Origin: a bacterium | GTDB taxonomy: Bacteria > Bacillota_I > Bacilli_A > RF39 > UBA660 | Direction of reading: 5' to 3' | Assembly: GCA_029218465.1 (NCBI GenBank) | Contig: JAQXRJ010000098.1 | Coordinates: 255 to 64,254, forward strand | DNA length: 64,000 nucleotides | Part shown: one piece after another, positions 50,116 through 59,809 of the stretch | Position numbering within the stretch: the first letter of the stretch is position 1 | Layout: every line of letters starts with the position of its first letter | Made by a program: the position numbers and the translations under genes | Notes under the pieces: generated by a model | Seen by the model: only the letters and a program-made list of their open reading frames with translations | Told to the model about the DNA's origin: nothing | Databases searched by the model: none

Positions 50116-50496
50116 ATGGGTACTTATAGGAAAATCATAGGAAAAACCGATAAAACCCACCCCTACCTACTACGAGGAGAAAGAAGAGTGAAAAACAAAA
50201 AGATAAACATAGAATTAGATATAGAAGATTTACTAGGGCTTAAAGAGCCAAGTAAAGATAGTTTAGAATATGACCTAAACTTTATTGTAAATAATGGTAT
50301 GGATGAATACCTTAAACTAATAGAAGATGAAAAAAGAAGAGATAGAGAGTTTGTAGAATTGTTTAAACGAAACTATAATGATATAGTAAAAATTATTGAG
50401 TTTGACCCACATAAAAGAATTGCTGTTAATTGCTATACTTGTATCAAAGGTATGGATTTATCTAAACAATATGGAAAGCCAAAAAGAAAGGAATAA
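50116..50496 (+). CDS. hypothetical protein (element); start may be GTG near 50188
   Basis: ORF only. GAGGAG lies upstream of the internal GTG. Confidence 0.4.
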   Translation: MGTYRKIIGKTDKTHPYLLRGERRVKNKKINIELDIEDLLGLKEPSKDSLEYDLNFIVNNGMDEYLKLIEDEKRRDREFVELFKRNYNDIVKIIEFDPHKRIAVNCYTCIKGMDLSKQYGKPKRKE

Positions 50497-50520
50497 GTTT
50501 GTCGCTTATTCCTATTTTAT
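50490..50520. terminator. bidirectional terminator
   Basis: 8-bp stem GGAATAAG/CTTATTCC followed by TATTTTATT. Confidence 0.6.
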
Positions 50521-50768
50521 TATTTATTCATAAGTTCATTATATTGTTTGATTTGCTCTACATTATGTTTTTGAAATTCTTTCTTAAACTCTTCCATAAT
50601 TTCTAACTTATGATTTTCTAAAAGTTCTCTATGTCTTTTAGATAAGTTCTTAATCTCTTTCAACATTTGCCCCGTTATTAACATTTCTATCATCATATTA
50701 TTCATATCTTCTGTTAAATTAAATCTTAAATCTTCCATTTTCACTATAAATACCTCTTTCATATACAT
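50520..50768 (-). CDS. hypothetical 82-aa coiled-coil protein (element)
   Basis: ORF only. Confidence 0.4.
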   Translation of the reverse strand: MYMKEVFIVKMEDLRFNLTEDMNNMMIEMLITGQMLKEIKNLSKRHRELLENHKLEIMEEFKKEFQKHNVEQIKQYNELMNK

Positions 50769-50824
50769 ATTTTTGTAATTAGAAAAATATATTTTAACCC
50801 TTATAACTATTAACTTCGTTTAAT

Positions 50825-50860
50825 TTGTCATCACTCTTGTTGAGATGGGGGGGAATGCCT
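50825..50860. other. attR junction
   Basis: Element end GTCATCACTCTTGTTGAGAT (50827-50846), then a G7 run (50847-50853), then the host sequence AATGCCTGAAATG. Confidence 0.65.
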
Positions 50861-51400
50861 GAAATGACATTAGAATGGGTTTTAAAAGAAGCTAGCATTG
50901 ATCCGAAAAAAGATGTAAAAATAGATACAAGTATAGCATTTGCAGCAATGAGTGGTGCTTTTATTGGAGGAACTGGTGACTTTGTTTCGCTATTTGAACC
51001 AACTGCTCTTGAAATAGAAAAACAAGGATATGGTTATGTAGTTGCATCACTCGGAGAATTAGGTGGAATAGTACCATATACATCTTATAGTGCAAGAATA
51101 AGCTATATTAAAAATAACAAAGATACTATAGAAAAATTTACAAAAGCTATACAAAAAGGATTAGATTTTGTACAAAATAACCCAAGTGAAACTATTGCTA
51201 AATCTATATTAGAATTTTTCCCTGACACTTCATTATCTGATTTAACAAAAGTTATTGAAAGATATAAATATCAAAATACATGGCCAAAAACAACTGAATT
51301 CACAAAAGAATCATTTGAACACTTACAAAAAATAATGATTGAAGCTAATGAATTAGATGAAATCGTTTCATATGATGAGTTAATATACTCAGGAAAATAA
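50825..51400 (+). pseudogene. ABC transporter substrate-binding protein, 3' fragment
   Basis: From GGMPEMTLEWVLKEASIDPKKD onward the frame reads as the continuation of the 42170-42622 protein. There is no ATG or SD of its own. Confidence 0.8.
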
Positions 51401-51401
51401 A

Positions 51402-52154
51402 GTGAAAGATTCAATATTAACAATTAATAATCTCAAAAAAGTTTATCACGATATAAATAGTGAAACAACAGCAATAAATGATATTTCTCTTGATATAAAA
51501 GAAAAAGAATTTATATCAATAGTTGGTCCATCTGGATGTGGAAAATCAACATTTTTATCTATTCTATCAGGATTAGAAAATAAATCCAGTGGTAATATAA
51601 TTTTAAATAATAACTTAAAAATAGGATATATGCTTCAAAGAGATTCATTATTTCCTTGGAGAACTATATATGAAAATTGTTTAATTGGTTTAGAAACAAG
51701 TCATTCTGATAATAATGAAAATAAAGAAAGAGTGAAGAACCTGTTAAAAACATATGGTTTAAAAGATTTTATGAATAAATATCCAAATTCATTGTCTGGA
51801 GGAATGAAGCAAAGAGTTGCTTTAATCAGAACACTCGCAACTAATCCAGATATTCTATTATTAGACGAGCCATTTTCAGCACTTGATTATCAAACAAGAC
51901 TAGCATTATCTGATGATGTATATAAGATAATTAAAAATGAAGGAAAAACGGCTATTATGGTTACGCACGATCTTGCTGAGGCAATTAGTTTATCAGATAG
52001 AATTGTAGTTTTAACGAAAAGACCATGTAAAATAAAAAAAATTTATGATGTAAATTTAACAAATAAATCAACACCAATTAATAACAGAAAATGTAAGGAA
52101 TTTAATTACTATTATGATAAGATATGGAGAGATTTAGATGTACACATTAAGTAA
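51402..52154 (+). CDS. ABC transporter ATP-binding protein (NitT/TauT-type)
   Basis: [35 protein letters not shown]. Confidence 0.9.
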   Translation: MKDSILTINNLKKVYHDINSETTAINDISLDIKEKEFISIVGPSGCGKSTFLSILSGLENKSSGNIILNNNLKIGYMLQRDSLFPWRTIYENCLIGLETSHSDNNENKERVKNLLKTYGLKDFMNKYPNSLSGGMKQRVALIRTLATNPDILLLDEPFSALDYQTRLALSDDVYKIIKNEGKTAIMVTHDLAEAISLSDRIVVLTKRPCKIKKIYDVNLTNKSTPINNRKCKEFNYYYDKIWRDLDVHIK

Positions 52155-52935
52155 GGAACATACACAATATATAAAAAAACTGAAAAATAAAAAAAGAATA
52201 ATTCTATTTTTTCAAATAATAATTATTATTTTATTCCTATTAATATGGCAAATATTATCTTCAAAAAGAATTATAAATACATTTTTGTTTTCATCTCCTT
52301 ATAATGTATATAAATGTATAATTAAATTATTTAAGTCAAATGATTTATTTAAACATGTAAATATAACCGTTTATGAAACAATTACAAGTTTTCTTATATC
52401 TAATGCCATAGGAATTTTAATTTCAACTATTCTTTGGTGGAATAATACTATTGCAAAAATAATAGATCCTTATTTAACAATTATAAATTCATTACCAAAG
52501 GTTGCACTTGGACCATTAATAATAATATGGGTAGGAGCAAGCACCAATTCAATCATATTTATGGCATTAATGATTAGCTCAATAATAAGTATTATTAACA
52601 TATATAATGCTTTTAATTCTACTGATAAAAATTTTATTACTTTAATGAAATGCTTTAAAGCATCAAAATGGCAAATATACAAAAAAGTAATAATACCAAG
52701 CAACATTTTAAATATAATAAATACTTTTAAAATAAATATAAGTATGTCTTTAATTGGAGTAATTATGGGAGAGCTTTTAGTATCAAAAGCAGGTCTTGGA
52801 TATTTAATTATGTATGGAAGTCAAGTTTTTAATATAGATTTGGTAATAACATCTGTTTTCATATTAGCAATTATATCATATGTAATGTATTATATTATCT
52901 ATTATATTGAAAAGAAATTAACTAAAAATAATTAA
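52138..52935 (+). CDS. ABC transporter permease
   Basis: Polytopic protein with an EAA-like loop region ([15 protein letters not shown]). Overlaps the ATPase gene. Confidence 0.85.
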   Translation: MYTLSKEHTQYIKKLKNKKRIILFFQIIIIILFLLIWQILSSKRIINTFLFSSPYNVYKCIIKLFKSNDLFKHVNITVYETITSFLISNAIGILISTILWWNNTIAKIIDPYLTIINSLPKVALGPLIIIWVGASTNSIIFMALMISSIISIINIYNAFNSTDKNFITLMKCFKASKWQIYKKVIIPSNILNIINTFKINISMSLIGVIMGELLVSKAGLGYLIMYGSQVFNIDLVITSVFILAIISYVMYYIIYYIEKKLTKNN

Positions 52936-54681
52936 TTTCTTTTTTTTATCCTCAAATATTAAAATTTTATCTTTATAATCTAAAGAAGTGTTAGGTACTT
53001 CAACTTCAATTAATTCTTTATCATTTTCGTATTCTACAACATACATAGGATAATTATCCTGATCTAATTCATATTTATATGAATCATCAATAATTATTTT
53101 TAATTTCTTGTCAGACTTTTTATAACCGATTGGTGCTTTATATTCATTAAGTTCATAATTGCCAGATATTAACTTATCTATTACAAGAATTCCATCAACA
53201 GTTTTTAGTTCATCACTATCATTTACTTTATAATATTCTTTTTTTTCTAAATCAAATAATTTAAAAATCGTTTCCTCTTTAATTACTTCACCACTTTCAC
53301 TATCTTTCTTTATTATAACAACTTTAGTCGAAAACTCTTCATCATATAAATTAAGGCTAATCAGATTTGAAGTTGTTTCATCAATAATAATTTCAAAATC
53401 ATCGACTGGTAAATAATTTTTAGTTGAATTTATCTGATGAAATTTATATTTGCCATAATACAATTCTTTAATTATTTTACCATTATCATTGGTTGTAACG
53501 ATGTCTACAATTTCATCTTTACTGTTTCTAATTTCAAAACTTATACCGCTTTCTAATTTATCGCCAAAGTATTTGTTAATCTCAATTTTTGACTTTATAG
53601 CTTTATTTTTTAATAATAAATCCACATTTAAACTGTTTTCATTTATTTCAAAAAAATATTTATCTTCATCTAACAAATAGCCTTTCATAGAAAACATTTC
53701 TTTAACGTAATATTTGCCAAAAGGCAAATTATCTACAAGTGATTCATTTTTTTCATCTATAACTAAGTTATAAATAAGTTTATCACTTATATCATATAAT
53801 CCATATTGACTTCCAATCAATTCACCTTCTCCACTGGGTATTTTTTCATTAGAATCATAATCTACTTTTGTTATTTTTAAACTACCACTTAATACATTAA
53901 CTTTAATATCAAATTTTAAGCTCTCGACATTACCAGGTGTCATAACATTTTGATAAGAACTGTCAACAAAAACAAATACATTTTTATTATAATTGGTAAA
54001 CTTCTTTTCAAATGATATAACAGATGAACCAACTTTATTAGTATTAATAACTAAATTAGATCCATTCTTATTAACCGAAATATTAGAATTATTAATACTC
54101 ATATTAAACTCGTCTAACATAGAATTAGAATCAATTAAAGTATTTGAGCTATTAATAGAATAATCATATGTTTTAAAAGCAAAACTCGATATTTTATTAT
54201 GATTATTTACTAAAGATTCAATTTCTTTAATATCATTATCATATGTTGTAATCTTTGATCCATTTAATTTATCAGTAAAATAAAAACTAGCGTCTTTGTC
54301 AATTTCTCTCCATATCATCACTTGAGTAATTGCAAACCACCTATCTGAAGTATGATTTCCATATCCATAACCATAATACGCAATTAAACTTATCTTTTTC
54401 CAAACACTATTACTTATTCCTAAATGCTTAGCGTAATCAGAGTCATATCCAGTATACTCTTTACTAGTATTTAAATTTTTAAATGGTTCAACACAATATG
54501 CAATACCACCTGAATTATCTTTTATAAACAAAGCTTGTTTATAATGAATCACTCCATTCTTAACTTTGTTAATATACACATTAGAAATCCAATCCCCAGT
54601 ATGAAATGTACTCGTTGTACTTGCATTAACATAAACAATACAACAAAAAAATAGTACTAATACAAATAATAATCTTTTCAT
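52918..54681 (-). CDS. secreted thioester-domain adhesin with Cna-B-like repeats, no canonical sorting signal
   Basis: Signal peptide MKRLLFVLVLFFCCIVYVNA (ATG 54681, preceded by GAGGAGG). Thioester motifs YCVE and ITQVMIW. C-terminus has VPNTS but no hydrophobic tail. Confidence 0.75.
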   Translation of the reverse strand: MKRLLFVLVLFFCCIVYVNASTTSTFHTGDWISNVYINKVKNGVIHYKQALFIKDNSGGIAYCVEPFKNLNTSKEYTGYDSDYAKHLGISNSVWKKISLIAYYGYGYGNHTSDRWFAITQVMIWREIDKDASFYFTDKLNGSKITTYDNDIKEIESLVNNHNKISSFAFKTYDYSINSSNTLIDSNSMLDEFNMSINNSNISVNKNGSNLVINTNKVGSSVISFEKKFTNYNKNVFVFVDSSYQNVMTPGNVESLKFDIKVNVLSGSLKITKVDYDSNEKIPSGEGELIGSQYGLYDISDKLIYNLVIDEKNESLVDNLPFGKYYVKEMFSMKGYLLDEDKYFFEINENSLNVDLLLKNKAIKSKIEINKYFGDKLESGISFEIRNSKDEIVDIVTTNDNGKIIKELYYGKYKFHQINSTKNYLPVDDFEIIIDETTSNLISLNLYDEEFSTKVVIIKKDSESGEVIKEETIFKLFDLEKKEYYKVNDSDELKTVDGILVIDKLISGNYELNEYKAPIGYKKSDKKLKIIIDDSYKYELDQDNYPMYVVEYENDKELIEVEVPNTSLDYKDKILIFEDKKKKLIIFS

Positions 54682-55063
54682 AATAACCTCCTCATTACTA
54701 TTCATTATTATTATTCGTAATTAAATACAATTTTCCTCATTATATATTTAATTATTATTGATTATATACAATCTATTTTTATTAATTATTCAATCAACAT
54801 AAAATAAATTTTTATCATCTTCCACATGAGATATTTCGATATAAGTATTTTTTTAATCATAGACCTCCTATTTAAAACTAAAAGATATAAAATTCGCAAT
54901 ATAATAAGTATCTCGTTTTCAAGCAAAAGTTCTTTTTCCGTTAAGCCCATAAGCACATCCTAATAACGAAAAAAACAAGTCTTACGAAAATAGAGGGATA
55001 GTCAAAAAAATACAAGATGTAAAATTAAATTAAATATATGCAACAACAAATTAATTAAGTTGT

Positions 55064-55732
55064 TTAGTTTTTTATATATTTCTTATCAACTTGTATAATA
55101 AATCTTAAATAATTATAATCATTAAAATCACACAAAGTATAACTACCATGATTATTAACTGATATAATTTTATCAAACTTTTTAGTAGATAGCCAATAAG
55201 AATTAACATTGGAACTAGCCAAAAAATTGTCACCATACCAATCATACCCGAATTTCATATATTCCCTAACAAAAACATATTCCGATGAATTCATTAGTCT
55301 AACAGTATTTGCATATGCAAAATTAGTTTCAGATTCATTTTTTAAAAAAGAATCAATTTCATCATACTTTATTTTATCATTGTCATCAATAATTCCATCT
55401 GAATTAATATCATATAAATTATCATCTAAAAGTGTAATTACGTTACTATATTCACTCAAAACAATCCAATTACTATCATTAAATAAAGTAATAGTTGAAC
55501 CACTATTATAATTTTTATATTTATAAACAATATTTCGACCATAAAGATTTATATTTAAAAGTAAACATACACTAATAATTATTGATAATATCATAAAAAA
55601 AATTACATTATCATTTTTTTCTTTTTTAAAACTAATAATGGGTTCAATTTTATCTATAAGCTCATAATTTACCCTTAATTTAAATATATTTTTTCTATAT
55701 TTTATTTTTCTTTTTTTTCTATTTTCATTCAT
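55064..55732 (-). CDS. hypothetical signal-anchored protein
   Basis: Basic N-terminus, one TM helix, no known motif. Confidence 0.5.
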   Translation of the reverse strand: MNENRKKRKIKYRKNIFKLRVNYELIDKIEPIISFKKEKNDNVIFFMILSIIISVCLLLNINLYGRNIVYKYKNYNSGSTITLFNDSNWIVLSEYSNVITLLDDNLYDINSDGIIDDNDKIKYDEIDSFLKNESETNFAYANTVRLMNSSEYVFVREYMKFGYDWYGDNFLASSNVNSYWLSTKKFDKIISVNNHGSYTLCDFNDYNYLRFIIQVDKKYIKN

Positions 55733-55831
55733 AATCTATCATAATATTATATAATTAATATATAAATAATAGAATTATAAAATTTAAAAATAAAATAATT
55801 ATTAATAACACAATAAATATTTAAAAACTAT

Positions 55832-55870
55832 TAAAAAGAAAAATAGCCAATGCATAATTGCATTGGCTAT
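55832..55870 (-). terminator. strong terminator ending the ribosomal alpha operon
   Basis: 12-bp perfect stem ATAGCCAATGCA/TGCATTGGCTAT followed by TTTTTCTTTTT on the minus strand. Confidence 0.85.
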
Positions 55871-55918
55871 ATAAATAATTGTCACTTATTTGTGTCTACA
55901 CACAATTGACAACTACCC

Positions 55919-56266
55919 CTATTCTTCAACAAGCTCTAAAACTGCCATTAACGCGTCATCTCCACGTCTTTCATCAAGTTTAAGAATTCTTGTATAACCA
56001 CCATTTCTATTGGCGTATTTATTTGATAAAGTATCAAAGACAACTTTAACTGCTTCTTTATCATTTTGTAAGAAAGCAAGTGCTTTTCTACGAGAAATTA
56101 AATCACCTTTCTTACCATAAGTAATCATTTTATCAACAAACTTACGGGTTTCTTTAGCTCTAGTTTCAGTAGTAACTACCTTTCCTTTTTTTATAACTTC
56201 TCTAGTTAAATTAGCAAGCATGCTTCTTCTATGTTTATTATCAACACCTAATTTTCTATATGCCAT
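55919..56266 (-). CDS. rplQ: 50S ribosomal protein L17
   Basis: The sequence reads as L17, and it follows rpoA. Confidence 0.95.
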   Translation of the reverse strand: MAYRKLGVDNKHRRSMLANLTREVIKKGKVVTTETRAKETRKFVDKMITYGKKGDLISRRKALAFLQNDKEAVKVVFDTLSNKYANRNGGYTRILKLDERRGDDALMAVLELVEE

Positions 56267-56280
56267 AATTATCCTCCTTA

Positions 56281-57231
56281 CTAATCTTCATCACGTAAAA
56301 CTAGTCCTAAATCTTTAACTCTATCTAAAACTTCTTTTAACGATTTCTTTCCTAAATTACGAATTTTCATCATTTCATTTTCACTTTTATTAACTAAATC
56401 TTGTAAAGTATGAATTCCTGCTCTCTTTAAGCAATTATAAGCTCTTACAGAGAAATCTAAGTCTTCTATTGAAGTTTCTAATGCTTTAACTTTAGGATCT
56501 TCAGTTTTCTCAATCATCATCCCTGTAGTATCAGCAATATTACTTAAATCAGTTAATATATTAAAGTGTTCAATTAAAATTCTAGATGCCAAAGCAACAG
56601 CTTCTTCTGGTTTAATAGAGCCATCAGTCCATACATTAAGAACTAATTTATCATAGCTTTCATCTTGTCCTACACGAGCTGGTTCAACATCATATGAAAT
56701 TCTTTCTATTGGAGAATATATTGAATCAACAGGAATAACTCCAACTTTTTTAATATCAAGGAGTTTTTTATTTTCTTCACTTCTTACATATCCTCTACCA
56801 CTTGAAACAGTCATTTCCATTGATAAGCTTCCACCTTTAGATACATTTGCAATAACTAAGTCTTTATTAATAATTTCAACATCACTATCACATTCTATAT
56901 CTCCAGCAGTAACAGGACCCTCTTTATTTACATTTAATCTAATAGTTTTAATTTCTTCAACATATTTTTTTATAACTATTTTCTTTAAATTTAATATTAT
57001 AGTAGTTACATCTTCTTTAATTCCTTCAAGAGTTTGAAATTCATGAAGTGCACCCTCTATTTTAACACTACTAATAGCTGCTCCTGGAAGAGATGACAAC
57101 ATTACTCTTCTTAAAGCATTACCTATAGTTATACCAAAACCTCTTTCTAAAGGTTCTAGTTCAAATTTACCGTAAAAATTGTTTTCAATATAATCAGTTA
57201 TTTTATAGTTTGGTTTTTCAAATTCTACCAT
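56281..57231 (-). CDS. rpoA: DNA-directed RNA polymerase alpha subunit
   Basis: EPLERGFG.T.GNALRR at the N-terminus; C-terminal domain has SVRAYNCLK. Confidence 0.96.
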   Translation of the reverse strand: MVEFEKPNYKITDYIENNFYGKFELEPLERGFGITIGNALRRVMLSSLPGAAISSVKIEGALHEFQTLEGIKEDVTTIILNLKKIVIKKYVEEIKTIRLNVNKEGPVTAGDIECDSDVEIINKDLVIANVSKGGSLSMEMTVSSGRGYVRSEENKKLLDIKKVGVIPVDSIYSPIERISYDVEPARVGQDESYDKLVLNVWTDGSIKPEEAVALASRILIEHFNILTDLSNIADTTGMMIEKTEDPKVKALETSIEDLDFSVRAYNCLKRAGIHTLQDLVNKSENEMMKIRNLGKKSLKEVLDRVKDLGLVLRDED

Positions 57232-57249
57232 AAAAATACCTCCTTTTTA

Positions 57250-57633
57250 TTATCCACGTGGACGTTTTGGTGGACGACATCCATTATGTGGAATTGGTGT
57301 TACATCATTTATTGCAGTTATTTCCAATCCTGCAGTTTGAAGTGATCTAATTGCAGTTTCTCTTCCAGGTCCTAAACCTTTAACAAAAACTTCTACTTTT
57401 CTCATACCCATATCATATGCAGCACGTCCAGCAGCTTCGGCAGCAAGTCCTGCAGCATATGGAGTTGATTTTTTACTTCCTTTGAAACCTAATGCTCCAC
57501 TACTTGACCAAGATATTACATTACCATCTTTATCAGAAATTGTTGTAATAGTATTATTAAATGTTGGTTGAATATGAGCAATTCCTTCTGGAACATTCTT
57601 TTTAACTTTTCTTTTTCTAGTTTTATAAGCCAT
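57250..57633 (-). CDS. rpsK: 30S ribosomal protein S11
   Basis: [13 protein letters not shown]...[13 protein letters not shown]. Confidence 0.96.
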   Translation of the reverse strand: MAYKTRKRKVKKNVPEGIAHIQPTFNNTITTISDKDGNVISWSSSGALGFKGSKKSTPYAAGLAAEAAGRAAYDMGMRKVEVFVKGLGPGRETAIRSLQTAGLEITAINDVTPIPHNGCRPPKRPRG

Positions 57634-57672
57634 AATCTTTTCCTCCTCTACTATTAATGAATTTCTAAACTA

Positions 57673-58038
57673 TTATTTTTTCTTATTTGCAACAGTTTTA
57701 CCTTTTCCTTTACGAGTTTTTGCATTACTTCTAGTTGATTGTCCTCTTACAGGTAAACCTTTTTTATGACGAGTTCCTTGATAAGAATTAATTTCCATCT
57801 TAGTTTTAATATTCATGTTTACTTCACGCCTTAAGTCACCTTCAACACTATACTTTGAAACTTCATCACGAACTTTATTTAATTCATCATTTGACAAATC
57901 GATAACTTTTCTAGATGGTTCAATTCCCACTGTCTTTAGTATTGTATTTGCTCTTTTTCTACCAATACCATAAATATAAGTTAATGCTATTTCGATATGT
58001 TTATCATTTGGTATATCTACACCTTTAATACGAGCCAT
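57673..58038 (-). CDS. rpsM: 30S ribosomal protein S13
   Basis: MARI.GVDIP...YIYGIG. Confidence 0.96.
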   Translation of the reverse strand: MARIKGVDIPNDKHIEIALTYIYGIGRKRANTILKTVGIEPSRKVIDLSNDELNKVRDEVSKYSVEGDLRREVNMNIKTKMEINSYQGTRHKKGLPVRGQSTRSNAKTRKGKGKTVANKKK

Positions 58039-58056
58039 TCTCTACACTTCCTTTCA

Positions 58057-58170
58057 TTACCCTTGAACTTGTTTATGTTTTGGGTTTTCACAAATTACCA
58101 TTACTTTGCCTTTTCTTTTGATAATTTTGCATTTATCGCAAATTTTCTTTACAGATGCTCTTACTTTCAT
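58057..58170 (-). CDS. rpmJ: 50S ribosomal protein L36
   Basis: Not in track (37 aa). Hand translation: [37 protein letters not shown]. Confidence 0.93.
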   Translation of the reverse strand: MKVRASVKKICDKCKIIKRKGKVMVICENPKHKQVQG

Positions 58171-58184
58171 TTTAATCCCTCCTA

Positions 58185-58400
58185 TTACTTCCTATAGGTT
58201 ATACGCCCACGTGTTAAATCATAAGGTGATAATTCTAACATTACGGTATCGCCTGGTAAAATGCGAATGTAATTCATTCGTATTTTACCAGAAACGTGAG
58301 CTTCCACAATGTATCCATTCTCTAATTGAACTTTGAATTTACCACCTGGTATTATTTCAGTAACTTTTCCTTCAACTTCAATTGTATCATCTTTTGCCAT
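58185..58400 (-). CDS. infA: translation initiation factor IF-1
   Basis: MAKDD.IEVEGKV...[29 protein letters not shown]. Confidence 0.96.
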   Translation of the reverse strand: MAKDDTIEVEGKVTEIIPGGKFKVQLENGYIVEAHVSGKIRMNYIRILPGDTVMLELSPYDLTRGRITYRK

Positions 58401-58404
58401 CTTT

Positions 58405-59157
58405 TCACTCTCCCGTTAAAATTTCATACCCATCTTTTGTAACCAATACAGTATGTTCAAAATGAGCGGATGGACTATTATCATCAGTTATTATTGTCCA
58501 ACCATCATCAAGCATATATATATCAGCGCTTCCTAAATTAAGCATTGGTTCTACTGCTATAACCATTCCTTCTTTTAATAAAGGGCCAGTATTTGCTTTT
58601 CCATAATTAGGAACATCGGGTTCTTCATGTAAACAGCTTCCAACACCATGTCCAACCAATTCTTTAACAACTCCTAAATTATATAAGTTAGCATACTTTT
58701 CTATAGAATTTGAAATATCTCCAATTCTATTTCCAGGTTTAACCTGTTCTAAACCTTTAAATAAAGCTTCCTCAGTATGTTTCATCAGAGATTTTTTCTC
58801 ATCACTAATATCACCTACAGCATAAGTCCATGCTGAATCCCCATGGTATCCCTTATAACATGCACAAACATCAATAGATACAATATCTCCATCTTTAAGT
58901 TTCCTATTACTAGGAATACCATGAACAACTTCCTCATTTATACTTATACAAAGTGTTGCTGGATAACCCTCATATCCTTTGCAAGAAGGAGTAGCACCCT
59001 GTTTTATTATATAATCCTCAGCTAATTTATCAAGCTTCTTTGTAGATATGCCAGATTTTATATATGGTTTTAAATATTGATGAGTCTTATATACAATACT
59101 TCCAGCTTTTCTAAGCAATTCGATTTCACGATCACTTTTAATTTTTATCATAATCAC
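58405..59157 (-). CDS. map: type I methionine aminopeptidase
   Basis: [22 protein letters not shown] and EPM motifs. The start may instead be ATG at 59151. Confidence 0.93.
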   Translation of the reverse strand: MIMIKIKSDREIELLRKAGSIVYKTHQYLKPYIKSGISTKKLDKLAEDYIIKQGATPSCKGYEGYPATLCISINEEVVHGIPSNRKLKDGDIVSIDVCACYKGYHGDSAWTYAVGDISDEKKSLMKHTEEALFKGLEQVKPGNRIGDISNSIEKYANLYNLGVVKELVGHGVGSCLHEEPDVPNYGKANTGPLLKEGMVIAVEPMLNLGSADIYMLDDGWTIITDDNSPSAHFEHTVLVTKDGYEILTGE

Positions 59158-59808
59158 CTATTTAAGTAGCTTTTCTACTTGTTCTAATGTATAAAGATGT
59201 CCTTTACTACCATCAACTATATGTAATACACCTTTTTCTTTATAAAAATTAATTAAAGGTTCAGTACTATCTAAATAAGTTTGATATCTTGTTTCAAACG
59301 CTTCAAGATTATCATCACTTCTTTGATATAATTCACCATTACATTTATCACATTTTCCATTTACTTTAGGTTTCATTTCTGGATTATTCATATTATAAAT
59401 AGTACCACAATCTTTACACATATATCTTCCTGTAATTCTATCTATAAGTTCATTTTTTTCTATATTAATCAAAATTACTAATCCTAAATCTTTACCAGTT
59501 TTTTCTAAAATATTATCATATTCTATAGCTTGCTCTAAATTTCTTGGAAATCCATCTAAAATATATCCATTATCGCAAGCAGGGTCAGAAAGCTTATATT
59601 CTAATGCTTTATAAACAATTTCAGAAGAAACCAATTTTCCAGCCATTTGCATTTCATGAATTTTTTTTCCTAGTTCGTCACCCTTAGCAACTTGCTCACG
59701 TAACAAATCACCAGTTGATATATGAACATATGGATACTTTTCTAACAAATCTTTAGATAAAGTTCCTTTTCCTGCACCTGGTGCAGCAATTAATATCAAA
59801 TTTTTCAT
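59158..59808 (-). CDS. adk: adenylate kinase
   Basis: MKNLILIAAPGAGKGT P-loop and a Zn lid CxxC...CxxC. The track ORF is over-extended; the ATG at 59808 abuts the secY stop. Confidence 0.94.
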   Translation of the reverse strand: MKNLILIAAPGAGKGTLSKDLLEKYPYVHISTGDLLREQVAKGDELGKKIHEMQMAGKLVSSEIVYKALEYKLSDPACDNGYILDGFPRNLEQAIEYDNILEKTGKDLGLVILINIEKNELIDRITGRYMCKDCGTIYNMNNPEMKPKVNGKCDKCNGELYQRSDDNLEAFETRYQTYLDSTEPLINFYKEKGVLHIVDGSKGHLYTLEQVEKLLK

Positions 59809-59809
59809 A

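Larger units (their letters stand above)
42610..50850. mobile_element. integrated ~8.2-kb serine-recombinase element (integrative plasmid / satellite-like; no structural phage genes seen)
   Basis: It splits a single SBP ORF into two fragments. It has terminal imperfect inverted repeats, a large serine recombinase next to attL, and a Rep-iteron-helicase module. Confidence 0.8.

Noticed and set aside
52936-52955. A8 homopolymer near the 3' end of the second adhesin as a phase-variable frameshift site that could restore a sorting tail.
   Set aside because: I translated the +1 and -1 frames after the run. Both hit stops within a few codons, and neither encodes a hydrophobic tail.
54785-54859. 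24-aa ORF (MIKKILISKYLMWKMIKIYFMLIE) preceded by AGGAGG, upstream of the second adhesin; a possible leader peptide or type I toxin.
   Set aside because: The SD-to-ATG spacing is only about 3 nt, there is no partner antisense or terminator structure, and it cannot be tested for conservation here. Support is too weak.
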